Below, piece by piece: positions 37,938 through 50,758 of a DNA stretch of 64,000 bases. Source of the DNA: Leucoraja erinacea. Its lineage: Eukaryota. Each line of letters starts with the position of its first letter. Position 1 is the first letter of the stretch. The translations under genes were made by a program, and so were the position numbers. The stretch is from assembly GCF_028641065.1 (NCBI RefSeq), contig NC_073400.1:15066001-15130000 (forward strand), in the 5' to 3' direction. Below the pieces are notes generated by a model. The model was given only the letters and a program-made list of their open reading frames with translations, did no database searches and was not told where the DNA came from.

Positions 37938-38255
37938 GGCAGTGTGGCACAGTGACGCAGCGGTAGAGTTGCTGCCTCACGGCACCAGAGACCCTGGTTC
38001 GATCCCAAATGCTGATGCTGTCTGTACGGAATTTGTACGTTCTCCCCGTGACTGCGTAGGTTTTCTCCTCCAACTTCGGTTTCATCCCACACTCCAAAGA
38101 TGTACAAGTTTGTAGGTTAATTGGCTTGGTATAAAGGTAAATTGTTCCTTGTGTGTGTGTAGGATTAAGTGCCAGTGTGCGGGGATCGGTGGTCATGGTG
38201 GACGCCATAGGCCGAAGGGCCAGTTTCCATGCTGTATCTCTAAACTAAACTAAAT
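37938..38255 (+). mobile_element. HE1/V-SINE
   Basis: Full copy with A box, B box and CTAAACTAAACTAAA tail. Confidence 0.88.
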
Positions 38256-40370
38256 TAATGCAGCACAGGAACAGGCCCTTCGGCCCACAATAAAATACTC
38301 TTCTGTTAACCGCACCAAAGTGCAGCTCAAATTTTTCCCCCTCTTCCTACCAGCTTTCTCCCCTCTACTCCAATCTTGAAGAGTGCCAACACTAAGCTAG
38401 GGTGGTGGGTTTATGGAGCGAGCTGCCAGAGGATGGAGTTAAGGCAGGTACTATACATTTATTAAAATACAGGCGGGAATGTGGATGGGTAAAGTTTAGA
38501 ACATGGGCCAAATGGGACTAGCGAAGATTGTGAAACTTGGTTGGCATGGATGAGAGGGGGAAGGGCCCGTCTCTGTGCTGTTCGACTGTGGCCGTTGATA
38601 GCGACTTGGAGATCATGGAGGAATATTTTTACTTACTGCACTTGAAAGATTCATCCAACAGAACAACTAGGCTTCCTCCTCGGCACTGCAGTGCCTGCAA
38701 TGAGGCCAATTTAGCCTGCGTCAGAAGTATTGCCACAATTGCTTCTCATCTTCCCTTGGAGTAACAAATGATTACAGTCCTGTCTTTGAACAGCATCCAG
38801 CCATTGTTGGTAGCTCAGTGCAATAAATCAGATGTCTGGCTCCATACACGACGCGGTGGTCAGACAAGAAGAACATCTACACTGATATGTGTGTGTTCAG
38901 TGGCCAAACTCAGTTAATCAATCTAAGCCAGAGGCTTGGGTAAGCTCTTGGTCAAAGCCATGCCAAAGATTACAATGCCAATGATCACAGGTGCACTTCT
39001 ATCAGCACCTCTAACTTGGATAGTACCTCAAGAGAAAAAGGGAACCCACAGCTAGAACAGAAACTACAGTTAGAACAGAACAGAAGAGTACAGGAACCAG
39101 TCCTTCTGACCACATCATCTGTGACAAACAAGATGCAAAAATAAACTAATCGCAACTGCCTGCGTATGACCCATATCCCTCCATATCTTGCATATTCATG
39201 TACCCATCTCAGAGCCTCTTAAATAAGTCTATAATATCTGCCTCAACCACCACCTCTGGTGGCACATTCCAGGAACCCACCACCCAAAAAATAAATGCTG
39301 CCCCTTTCTTTAAACTTTGTACTCTGGTCTGACATTTCCACCCTGGGAAAAAGGCTCTGGCAGTCAATTGCATCAATGTCACTTTTACATACCTCCATTA
39401 GGTCTCAACTCAACCTTCCGCATTCCAGCAAAAACAATCCACTTCCGTCCAACCTCTTCTTATGGCTAATGCCCTTTAATCTAAACCTACCATTCTGGTA
39501 ACCTCCAGTCTGAAGAAGGGGCCCGACCCAAAACTGCACTGATCCATGTTAGCCAGGGATGCTGCCTAACCCCCTCAGTTACTCCAGCATTTTGTGGCTT
39601 TATTTTTGTAAACCAGCATCTTCAGTTCTTTGTTTCTACCTTTTACTCTATCACTCGGTAGATCTCTTCCACACCCTCTCCAAACCATCCATGTCCTTCC
39701 TGTAATGGGGCAACCAGAACGGCATACAATACTACAAATGCGTGAAAATCACGACAGGAATAGATTGGGTAAATGCATAGTATTTTGCCTACTGTCGGGG
39801 AAATAAAGAACCAGGGGACACAGGTTTAAGGTGAGGGGGAAAAGATTTAATAGGAATTGAGGGGTAACTTTTTTTTTTACACAAAGGGTGGTATGTGTAT
39901 AGAGCAAGCTTCTAGAGCAGGTAGTTGAGGCAGGTAGTATTGCAACATTTAAGGAACATTTAGACAGGTACGTGGATAGGATAGGTTTAGAGGGATATGG
40001 GCCAAGCGCAGACAGGTGTAAATGGAGAAGGTTGGTCGTGTGTGCAAGTTGCACATGAGTTTTCTCTGGGTGCTACAGTTTCTTCCCACGTTCCAAAGAT
40101 GGACAGGTTAGCATGTTAATTGGCTTTGATGACTTGTAAATTGTCCCCAGTGTGTAGGATGGTGCTAATGTACAGTATGAGGTTATCACTGGTCAGGCTC
40201 AATAGCTGTTGCCTGAAAATCCTTGCCGGACAGTGTAATGAAGGAAATAATAGCTGAGAATTATGGCACAGACAAAACATGAGCATGCAATGCATGGTTT
40301 ACTCTGCAGAAGAGATGCTTTGCTCCCATTTACTACATCAGCAGGAGAGCCCTGGGAGAGCGAGACAATT

Positions 40371-41000
40371 GGTGGTGGCACAGTGGCACAGCAATAGAGT
40401 AAAGGGCCTGTCCCACGAGCATGTGACTCCATGCGGCAAGCGCCACCCAACGTGGTCGCTTGAGCCATACGGCCTCGCGGGGCCGATCCCACTTCGATCG
40501 GCGGAGCCGCATGGAGTTGTGCGGAGCTGGTCCCGACATCGCACAGAGCTCCGCGCAGCAACGGCCTGCCGGCCCGCAGCCGCCTCAATGCCATACGTCA
40601 CACGTGAACTTCCAGTAGACTTCGCTCGAACATCATGTCACTCGCTCGAACATCATGTCACTCACTCGACCTCCGCGCGGCCCCCCGCTTCTGGTTTGGT
40701 CGCGCTTGCCGCATGCAGTCGCATGCTCGTGGGACAGGCCCTTTACTGCCTTACAGCACCAGAGACCCAGGTTTGACCCTGACTACTGGTGCTGTCTGCA
40801 TGGAGTTTGTACTTTCTCTCTGTGAGCACATGGGTTTTCTCCAGATGCTAGAATTTCCTCCCACTTTCCAAAGAACTGCAGGTAGGTAGGTAAATTGGCT
40901 TCTGTAAATTGTAAAAACAAGTCCCTAGTGTGTAGGATAGCGCTAGTGTACTTTGTGATCGTGGGTTGGTGTGAACTCGGTGGGGCAAAGGGCGTGTGCG
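40371..41000 (+). mobile_element. HE1/V-SINE interrupted by a MITE
   Basis: GGTGGCACAGTGGCACAGCAATAGAG|...|CTGCCTTACAGCACCAGAGACCCAGG. Confidence 0.82.
40403..40742. mobile_element. PIF/Harbinger-type MITE (GC-rich)
   Basis: TIRs of about 41 bp (AGGGCCTGTCCCACGAGCATGYGACTSCATGCGGCAAGCGC), flanked by TAA and TTA. Internal 20-bp tandem CGCTCGAACATCATGTCACT. Confidence 0.9.
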
Positions 41001-42089
41001 TTTTCATACTTCTGTATCTCTTGCTTGATGGGACAGGAGAGAAGAGGGAGTGTCCGGGTGAGACTTGTCCTTGATTATGCTGATGGCCTTGCTGAGGCAG
41101 CGTGAAGTGGAGATGGTGTCAGTGGGAGGTTGGTTTGCGTGATGGTCTGGGCTGCATCCAGAACTCTCTGCAACATTGTAAATGCAGAGAGTATATTGAC
41201 ACAATTGTCCTGGTGTTTCCTCTACACACAATACTACAGTTGTGCACAAAGCATTGTAGTGAAAGGATTCTCAAAACACGACACTTTCGATCATCACAAT
41301 CAAATAAGACCAGTGTTATTGACAACACTGACAAATCCCATCAATTTAACAGTCATCTAAACCAAAAGGGCAAATGGCAAATGAGTCTGCATTGTAAAAG
41401 GTCACCTGCAGTAGAAGCTTCTTCCCTACAACCATCAGTCTATTAAATACGACAACCTCCAAACAAGCTCCAAACTAGAGACATTGGGGCATTATTTTTG
41501 AGTTTGCAATATTATAGTTTATTTATTGTATAACATGCACATACACTAAACCAGCCGACATCTCCCTGCTATCAATCATGTGAAAATGAGTCGGGAGTTA
41601 GTATTTTATTATCACATGTCCCAGACAGAACAATGAAATTCTTACTTGCAGCAGCACAACAAAATCTGTAAACATAATACTGTATTCTGTAAACAATATA
41701 CTGAGAAAAAAAAAAGTTCAGTGTCTATCTACACAAATATATACGTACTTACACATAAATACACACACACAAATAATAGTGCAAAAAGCTCATCAATGTG
41801 CACGATGCCCACCTCTACATTACCAACAAAAATCGGAACAGGAATAAAACCTAATCTCCAGCCTTTGTCGAGAACAATAAAGAGCAAACCCCACAAGAAG
41901 TTATTCAGCAGACGTTAACTCAAGAGTCCCAACTGGGACACCTTGTGCTGCCGCCTGTGTGCCTGGCTAAATTGGCAATGTGCACATTTATTATATCAGT
42001 GCTGGGTCTCACAGGGCATAGCCAGGCTTTCTATACACTACATGGGTAAGGTGCCCGAGTTATGAATCTGTGCCTCACAATGGTATGAA

Positions 42090-42505
42090 GCCATTCACAC
42101 TTGTACCAGGGATGTGATGCTGTGGTTTTATAAGGCATTGGTCATACCATATTTGGAATATTGAGAGCAGTTTTGGGTTCCATATCTGAGGGGGATATGC
42201 AGGCGTTGGAGAGGGTCTAGGGAAGGTTTACAAGAATGAACTGGGGATGATTGGGTGAGCGTTCGACTAGGACATGCCTTTAGAAAGGAGATTAGGAGAA
42301 ATTTGCATAGTCAGAGGGTGGCGAATCTGTGGAATTCATTGGGTATTTTTACAGCAGAGATCAATGGATTCTTGATTAGTAAGGCCGCCAACGGACACGT
42401 GGAGAAGGCAGGAGATTGGGGTTGAAAGGAAAAAATAGAGCAGCCATGATTGAATGGCAGAGTAGACTTAATGGTCCTAATGGCCTAATTCTGCTCCTGT
42501 GACAG
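42090..42505 (+). mobile_element. CR1/HER1 3' fragment with deletions
   Basis: YKALVIPYLEY..QFWVPYLR-like remnant and a CR1 tail. Confidence 0.75.
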
Positions 42506-43489
42506 GAACTGAACAGCTGACCATTCAATCAATGAGGAGCATTGTAGCAAGTCAGAGACAAGGTTGTGGCCACACACAGCAAAGAGATGTGACCCATCTC
42601 TCCAGGTTCTCTCTCTCTCTCATCTCCCTGTAACCATGTGGGTTTCCTCTGGAAGCTCTGGTTTCCTCCCACATCCCAAAGATGTACTGATTTGTAGGTG
42701 AATTGGCCTCGGTAAATTGTTTCTAACACGTAGGATAGGGCTAGTGTAATTGCTGGTCGGTACGGATTCTGTAGGGCCTGCTTTCACTCTCTATGCCTAG
42801 GTCTAAAGTGCGGATTTGTAGATGAATTGGCTTCTGTAAATTGCCACGAGTGTATAGGATAGAACGAGTGCATGGGCGATTGCTGGTCGGCGTGGACTCG
42901 GTTAGCCGAAGGGCCCGTTTGCACGCTGTATCACTAAAAAAAAAACACAACTGGTTGAAAGGAATAGAAATGGTACTAGCAAGGGAATCTCAGTGAGCAT
43001 GTGTAGAATGAATTAGCATGTTGATGGGATTAGATGATTAGAAGGTTCATGCAGAGTATTGATGTTGGCATCAGAGCAAGAGGCTAAATAGCTTTGTGCT
43101 ACAAATATTCTGTAATACACAGTAAATGCATTTGTGACTTGCAGAAACAGGAAACATAATTCTAATTTGAAAGCTTGAGGGAGAAGTTGGTAATATTGGT
43201 GTATGTTCAGAACTGGTCTTTAGAGTAAGAGATAATTCTGGCAAGAGCCACTGTCAAATAATAGTTATTTTCTAAAAAACAAAATTAGGATCTGATGTGA
43301 ATAACTAATTTGGATGCACAACAATTATGATCAAAATAGTTTTAAAAATAAAATGTTAATGTATTTAATTCTGCCAAAACAATTGACCGTTATTACCCAA
43401 TGATAACTTTCAAATGTTGACAAAATGGGAGTCTTACAAAATGAAAAAAAATACTTCAAGTAAGGTCTCCTTCACACCAGCAAGACCGA

Positions 43490-44190
43490 GCATAGAATAC
43501 ATACAGTAGGTGACTGTTTCAAACACTTGCGTTCGGTCTGCTGGATTTCCTAGTTGTTAACCATTTAAACTCCCATACCCATTGCCATACTGACCTTTCT
43601 ATCGTAGGCCTCCTCCATTGACAAAGTGAGGCCACATGCAAAATGGAGGAACAGTACCTTCTATTCTACTTGGGTAGCTTACAATCTACCAGGCATCCGA
43701 CCAGCAATTTTGTTGCACTCACCCCAATGCCACCCCATCCCCCTCTCTATACCCTACACCACCACCTCAGTGCGCATGCATTTCACTCAACATCCTATTC
43801 ACCATGCTCCTTCTCCCCACTCTATGCTTATCTCCCATTCCCATATTCACCTTTTATCCCTGCTTTCACCTTCCCTTGTCCCTTTGTACCCATATCCCTC
43901 TCTCCGCCTTTGCTTTTCACTCCTCCTCTCTCCATATCTGACACCATTTAGTCTCCTTTTCACCTCTCACCAATGTCACTTTCTCCACCCATTTATCAAA
44001 CCCCCTCCCCTCAACTGTATCCACCAATCTCTAGCCAGGGTTTGCCCACGACCACCACTTTTTTTCCAGCCCCCCCCCACCCCAGCACTCTGAAGGACCC
44101 AACCTGAAATGTAATTTGTCCATTCCGAACACAGATGCTGCCTGATCGATGTTCAAGCATTTTGTTGTTCCATCATCTGCTGTTTGCGTC
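43490..44190 (+). mobile_element. Penelope-like element 3' fragment, decayed
   Basis: MEEQYLLFYLGSLQ remnant, a pyrimidine-rich UTR and a degenerate CTGAAG..CTGAAATGT terminus. Confidence 0.7.
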
Positions 44191-44689
44191 TCTTAAAAAT
44201 GTATGAATTATGTGGTTTGGCTTTCAATAGAAGACAACAAAATTGCTCAAAATCTGGATTTGCTGATAGTCTTGTTGATGCCCTGCAGTTTTTTTTAAGA
44301 ACAAATTAATTATTGCCATACATAACTTGCATTTATTTAGCATCTTAAGCATATTCTTGAGGCATTCCAAGTCACTTTTTATCCAATTATTATTTATGAA
44401 TTGCATTTGCTACTCCCCTGTAAATGAGACAAAAACATACCAAAGGTCCCAACACCAGAAGTTTAATAAATAATGTCTTAGAGATGTACAGAGCAATGTC
44501 AATGCTTAAAATTGTCCTGACTGGTAGAGATACAGTGTGGAAGCTGGCCCTTCAGCCCACCGTGTCCTCGCCGCCGACCAGCAATACTATCCCCCACACA
44601 CACACACGAGACAATTTACAATTTTATCAAGCCAATTAACCAACAATTCAGTCAGTCTTGGTAGACTGGATATAAAGCGTTCCATAACT

Positions 44690-45115
44690 AGCCTCTCATA
44701 GCATTTCATGATGGTGTATGTCAAGACCACTGGACAGAAGTCTTTTAGGCATGAGATATATTTTCTTTGATACCAGGATGATGGTGGTCTTCTTGAAGCA
44801 GGTGAGTACCTCAGAACGGAGTTGGGAAAGATTAAAGATGCCCATGAATACTCCCGCTAGCTGTTCCCCATAGCTACTATAGACACATCCAGTAACTTCA
44901 GCTGGCTCGGTTGCTTTCCATGGGTTCACTCTCAGAAAGGCTGATCTAACCTCTGCAACAGTGACCCTAGGAAGAAGCACGCTTGAGTTTGAAGGGATGG
45001 TGTCACCGCCCTGTTGGCTTTCTGCTCAAAGCGAGGATAGAAAGCATTCAGCTCATCAAGTAAAGTCGCACTATCACCAATGACGTTGCTATGCAGCCAG
45101 TTATCATACTCAGAC
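44690..45115 (-). mobile_element. Rex1/Babar LINE internal fragment
   Basis: ORF 44696..44980 VTVAEVRSAFLRVNPWKA..P...QLAGVFMGIFNLS....VLTCFKKTTII is the Rex1 RT N-terminal region. Confidence 0.85.
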
Positions 45116-45554
45116 CTTGCCACATTCGGCGTGTGTCCGAATGATTATACTGGGACTCCGCTTTCATCTATTGGCACCCTTCTCTCCAACACTGTTTGCT
45201 TAGATTTTGCTTTGCTTTCTAGAAGCAGGTCGCACTTGAACTCACTGGTCTCTCAAATGCATTTACACAACAGATATTGACACATAATCAATGTCAGATG
45301 CAAACTGAGCTGATGGAATCAGGCATTAATGCATCTCGTAACTTGGCAGTGGGCTCACGGACACATTATGAGCAGCAATAATGTAGTAATGTGACAGGAT
45401 GAAAAAGTGTTCTCATGACATGAACAAAAGCATTCTTGGAGCATGTTATGGCCTTGAAGAACCATCCTTTATTTAATACCGACTTCACTATATCAACATG
45501 GATTATTAGACTAAAGGTGGGAACGAGCACTAAAACAACTAATAAATTACTCCA

Positions 45555-46270
45555 TTCCCTCCATGGACTTCAGCAAGGTATTTGATAAAATTCCAGATGG
45601 TGGGCTGCTCTGGAAGATTAGATCTGATGGGAGCCAACTAGATGAAGAATTGGTTTCATGGAAGCAGAAGTGGGGGTAGGTTGTTTTTCAGACTGGAGGC
45701 CTGCGACCAGTGGTGTGCCTCAAGGATCGGTGTTGGGCCTATGACTGTTTGGGGTTTACATGAACAATTTGGAAGACAATACTCAAGGCATGATTAGCCA
45801 GTTTGCAGATGATGCAAAAGTAGGTGGTATCATAAATAGCAAAGATGATTACAAAAAAAATGCAGCAGGATCTTGACAAGCTGGGCAAGTGGGCTGAGGA
45901 ATGGCAAATGGAGTTTAATGCAAGTCAATGTGAGAGGTGTTGCATTTCAGGAAGTCTAACCAGGGTAGGACCTTCACAGTGAATGGCTGAGCATTGGGAT
46001 GTGTTGTAAAGCAAAACGGTCTAGTACTGCATGTACATTGTTCTTTGAAAATCCTACCACAGATGGGTGATCAAGACAGCTTTTGGTTCATTAGCCTATG
46101 TCAGGATGTTGGAATTTAATACAAACCAAAGGGGCAATGTTTTCCAGAGGGTGGTTGGTATATAGAACAGACTACAAGAAGAGATAGTTGAGGCAGGTAC
46201 TATAACAAATTAAAAATACATTTGGACAAGTATATAGATAGGAAAGCTTTGGAAAGATATGGACCATGGG
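45555..46270 (+). mobile_element. CR1/HER1 reverse transcriptase fragment
   Basis: Remnants MDFSKVFDKIP, SGVPQGSVLG and FADDAK are readable across frameshifts. Confidence 0.88.
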
Positions 46271-47937
46271 AATGGGGGCAAAGGATAGCAGATATATATT
46301 TGCCCACATTAGTTAGGTCCCATCTCAGAGGACCCATTAGTAAATCCCAATTGGCCTCAATATGCCAGACATTGGGCATTAATGGGAGACAGGGAACCAC
46401 AGCCACTGGATGCACAACATGTTCAGAGGTTGTTGCCATTATGCTTGCCTGTCGGAAATGTTACTTTGTATTGTGTGATACTGAAATAAACCTTTTAAAA
46501 AATAAAAATAAAGCAGGGAGCGCACTGCACCTCTGTGCTTGTGACAATAAGCTGAACTCAACAACTGGATCAGACGATTGCGTCATGGTGTGTAGCGGCA
46601 ATGCCTGGGACAATTCTAATTAAATGATGGGCGTGTACAGTGATTGAATTGTGACACAGGCAATGCCATTGTACGCCATGGCTTGATCGTCCGATATAGA
46701 TGTATATGAGATTACATCACCAACATGCATCAATAGAAAGGCAGGAAGCGAGGCTGAAACTGTTACCCAGTTCCAAAGATGCTCCTGCCAAAAGACTTGG
46801 ATTGTAAGTATGTAGAAGAGTCTTGACCCCCAAACATCACCTGTCCCTTCCCAGCCTGGACAAAGGCTTCAAACCGAAACGTCACCCATCCTTTATCTCC
46901 AGAGATGCTGCCTGACATGCTGAGTTACTCCAGCACTTTTTGAACCATCCTACCAACAACTAGAGAGCAGTCCCGAGCCACCCTTTATTATGTAAATGCA
47001 AACCCCCTCCCCCATCATGAATAACACACCCCTGAATCAATGGGAGCAATGTCGCGCAATGTTTTTTTTCAGTTGCTTTTTCACCCTTTGCGCGAAAACA
47101 GCGATTGGTTTTACTTTCAGCTTTCCATGTTGTCAATCGCAATTAGTCACTGCCGTCAAATTAAATCGGAGCATATTCCCCGTTGAGTTTATTTCCATCC
47201 AGCAAGGACACAAAAAAATTCTGTTCAGTTAGTTTATGTTTTGCTTGCTTTGTTTTTCCAATCACTGAGGTTTGCTCACTTGAGTGTTTCCCTGGCTTTG
47301 TGTCAATGCTATTTGGCATTCAGTTTTGAATTCATTCTGCCTGTTAAAGGGCTTCTAATGTTCTGCCTCATTCTGTGTGCCACTCCTTTACAGTTTGATC
47401 ATGTTCCGGGAAATAAATCATGTTCAGCACATCATTGATAACATTTCCCGCTAAAAAGTGTATTTTACTTATACTTTAAAATTATCTGCATTAAACAAAT
47501 TTGAAATCTTATAGCCATTTTGATGTACCTGTAAATTTGTTTGATTTTCTGCAATATTTACCAATTGACATGCAATTTCTGCATATTGTGCTGCATTTTG
47601 ACTTCCAACTAACATCATTAAAATCAGTTTATTCATGTTTTAAGTATAATTTCCTTTATAAAAGCAAGCAATTGAACGTGTAGTATACAACAGTTTAGTC
47701 CAATTGCACAAAATGCTGGAGTAATGCAGCGGGTCAAGCCGTATCTCTATAAGCCGTGTTCTCCAGAGATTCTGCCTTAACTACTGAGTTACACCAGCAC
47801 TTTTTTTTTGCAAACCTACATCTGCGGTTCCTTGTTTTTTCAATTGCACACCCATTTTTCTTGCCATGCATCCAGTAAAATTGGCTGTATTAACAGCAAC
47901 AATAAGAGCAGATGATCTGTTGCAAATTGAATGGCAA

Positions 47938-48170
47938 GAGGGTAGCACATTGGTGCTGCGGTGGAATTGCTGCCTTACAGCACCAGAGAACTGGGTTCAA
48001 TCCTGACTGCGGGTACTAACTGTGTGGAATTTAGACATTCTCTCTGTGACCGTGTGGGTTTGTCCCCAGGTACTCCGGTTTCCTCCCATGTTCCAAAGAC
48101 ATACAGGTTTGTGGTGTTCATTGGCTTTGGTAAAAATTGAAAATTGTCCCTAATGTGTAAGATGGGTTAG
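47938..48170 (+). mobile_element. HE1/V-SINE
   Basis: TGCTGCCTTACAGCACCAGAG..GGGTTCAATCC and core. Confidence 0.78.
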
Positions 48171-49199
48171 TATGAATAAATATCCAACCATGTTCTGACC
48201 CTTTGCATGTAGCATGCAAATTAAATATTCCACTAGACAACAGCAATGAAAAGGCTACACAGTTTTGAATCATCGCAAGTATCAACAAACAATCCAAATT
48301 AATTTGAATGATGTTCTACAAGAACATGTTTTTGATGAAATAGGCATTCTCTGCTGTATTTACTTTGCGCTGTCAGCAATTGTCTTAAAAGGTCAAACGT
48401 CAATATGTCCATCAATATTAATAACATTGTACAAGTCCCATTCCCACATTAACATTTTTTATGCATTCATTCCAGATAGTGTTAAAAGTATTCAGTAATT
48501 CTGTCAAATAACACATACTTCCTTTCATTAGTAACCACTGACATCAGCTAATTTCTAATCAATCTGCAGAGGCATAGGAAGAGTTCAATCATATTTATTG
48601 CTAATATACAATTCCACTATAAGTAATGCACATTCAGCTACAATTGCATTGGATTGAAAAGTTAAGACAATCTTTTTCAGTCAGAGAGACAAGAGTAGAT
48701 AAATTAATAATAATCTAACTGTGATGGATTGTATCCAACAGCCGGTTAAAATATTGCGATTAATATTTTAAATCTAATGCGCTTTATTTTTTAAAACAAG
48801 ATTTGAAATCTTGGTTTGATTCCCAGGGATAAAATGTAGGTAATAAAATGTTTAATTAAATTTAATGTGTGTAATAGAAACAAAAATAAGAATTACAAAA
48901 AACAAAATTAATTTCAAGACATCAAAAGTAATGTTCTGCATGAAATCGATCTCTTGCATTAATCGACTGCAGGCTAACAAACTTAAAGTTACCCTTGGAT
49001 CCTTCTCTCTTTCTCACTCGCTCTCTGTCCCTCCCTCACCTTGGTCCTCGTACGAGTTTCACTGTCGTTCAGTTGAGTTTCAGTCTGTATAAATCATTAT
49101 CACCTATCCCACAGCCAACAATGGACCATTGTGGGCTCTAACTTTCCTTGATTATCGTTGCTCTTCGCACAATTTCCATCCATTTGTACATTGTACTAT

Positions 49200-50758
49200 G
49201 TAAGAAACCACTAATCTCCTGTTTAAATGACTATCGTCCTGTAATAATAATGAATAATGGATGGGATTTATATAGCGCCTTTCTAGATACTCAAGGCGCT
49301 TCACATCGCATTATTCATTCACTCCACAGTCACACTCGGTGGTGGTGAGCTACTTCTGTAGCCACAGCTGCCCTGGGGCAGACTGACGGAAGCATGGCTG
49401 CTAATCTGCGCCTACGGCCCCTCCGACCACCACCAAACACTCACACACATTCACTGTAGCACTGACATCAGTCATCATGAAGTGGTTCGAGCGGCTAGTC
49501 AAAACTCACATCTGCTCCCTGCCACCTTTGACCCTCTTCAGTTTGCGTATAGACCAAACAGGGCCACGGACTATGCCATCGAAACTCATACTGCGCTCAC
49601 CTCACCCACTCTTCATTGACCACAGCTCGGCATTCAACACTATCATTCTCTCAAAACTCGTCCCCAAGCTCCTAGATCTTGGACTGGAGACCTCCATCTG
49701 TGGCTGGATATTCGACTTCCTGATGGACAGGCCCCAGGTGGTGAGAATTGGCAGCCACACCTCTTCCTCACTGATCCTCAACACAGGCGCACCACAGGGC
49801 TGTGTGCTTAGTCCTCTCCTGTACTCCCTGTTCACGCACGACTGTACTGCTAAGCACAGCTCCAACATCATCTTAAAGTTTGCTGAAGACACGACCAACC
49901 TGGGCCTCATCACAAACAATAATGAGACGGCCTATAGAGAGGAGGTAAAGGCACTAAACAGCTGGTGCCAGGAAAATAACCTCTCTCTCTCTCTCTCAAT
50001 GTCAGCAAAACTAAAGAGATAATCATGGACTACAGGAGACAGCAGGGGAGTGGTCACCTCCCCATCCACATCGGTGATGCTGAGGTTGAAAGGGTCAACA
50101 GCTTCAAGTTCCTCGGTGTGCACATCACTGACGACCTCTCTTGGACACTGCACACGGACACAGTAACTAAGAAAGCCCGCCAGCGGCTCTTTTTCCTGAG
50201 AAGACCGAGGAAATTTGGCATGAACGCCAGCATCCTCACAAACCTCTACAGTTGCACCATCGAGTGTCTGCTGACGGGCTGCATCGCAGTCTGGTACGGG
50301 AACTGTTCTGCCCACAACCGCAAATCACTACAGAGAGTGGTGAAGGCGGCACAGCACATCATTGGCAACTGTCTCCCGGCCTTTCAGGACATTTTCCACC
50401 GGTGGTGCCTGCGGAAGGCACACAGCATCATCAAGGACCACAGTCACCCAGCACGCAGACTGTTCTCCTTGTTACTGTCAGGCAGACGATATAGGAGCAT
50501 GGCTGCACGCACCACCAGACTTAAGAACAGTTTTTATCATCATGCCATCAGGCTTCTGAACTCATAAACACATCATATATGTTGATTATTTTATTTATTA
50601 CTCTTTTACCTACCAATGTCACTTTTATCTTATCTTATTTGTTTTTACCGTAATTTTATCCTGTTAATATAATTGCTGAGGTGAGCCGTTGTCTTGTCAA
50701 ACATTTCATTGTGCCGTTGACCCTGTGTTAAACTACATTTGACAAATAAAACTGAACT
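49200..50758 (+). mobile_element. Rex1/Babar LINE, 5'-truncated, RT pseudogene
   Basis: KKPLISCLNDYRPV|ALTSVIMKWFERLV...FIDHSSAFNTI...TGAPQGCVLSPLLYSLFTHD...KFAEDT...FKFLGVHI...SGRRYRS...NSFYHHAIRLLN, then a TGACAAATAAA tail. Confidence 0.93.
49244..49453 (-). mobile_element. 3' part of an L2-tailed SINE resembling teleost AFC-type SINEs
   Basis: TSD CTGTA (49239-49243 and 49454-49458). Reverse strand reads GGTGGTGGTCGGAGGGGCC...CTGCCCCAGGGCAGCTGTGGCTACA...GCGCCTTGAGTATCTAGAAAGGCGCTATATAAAT, then an (ATT)n-like tail. Confidence 0.75.

Noticed and set aside
38637-38694. Possible minus-strand mini-exon (CATTGCAG...TGCA|GTAAGT)
   Set aside because: The donor is good but the acceptor is weak, the peptide ALQCRGGSLVVLLDESFKC is unrecognisable, and there are no partner exons. 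It cannot be supported without RNA data.
40199-40889. Several overlapping ORFs on both strands
   Set aside because: They arise from a GC-rich palindromic MITE inside a SINE.
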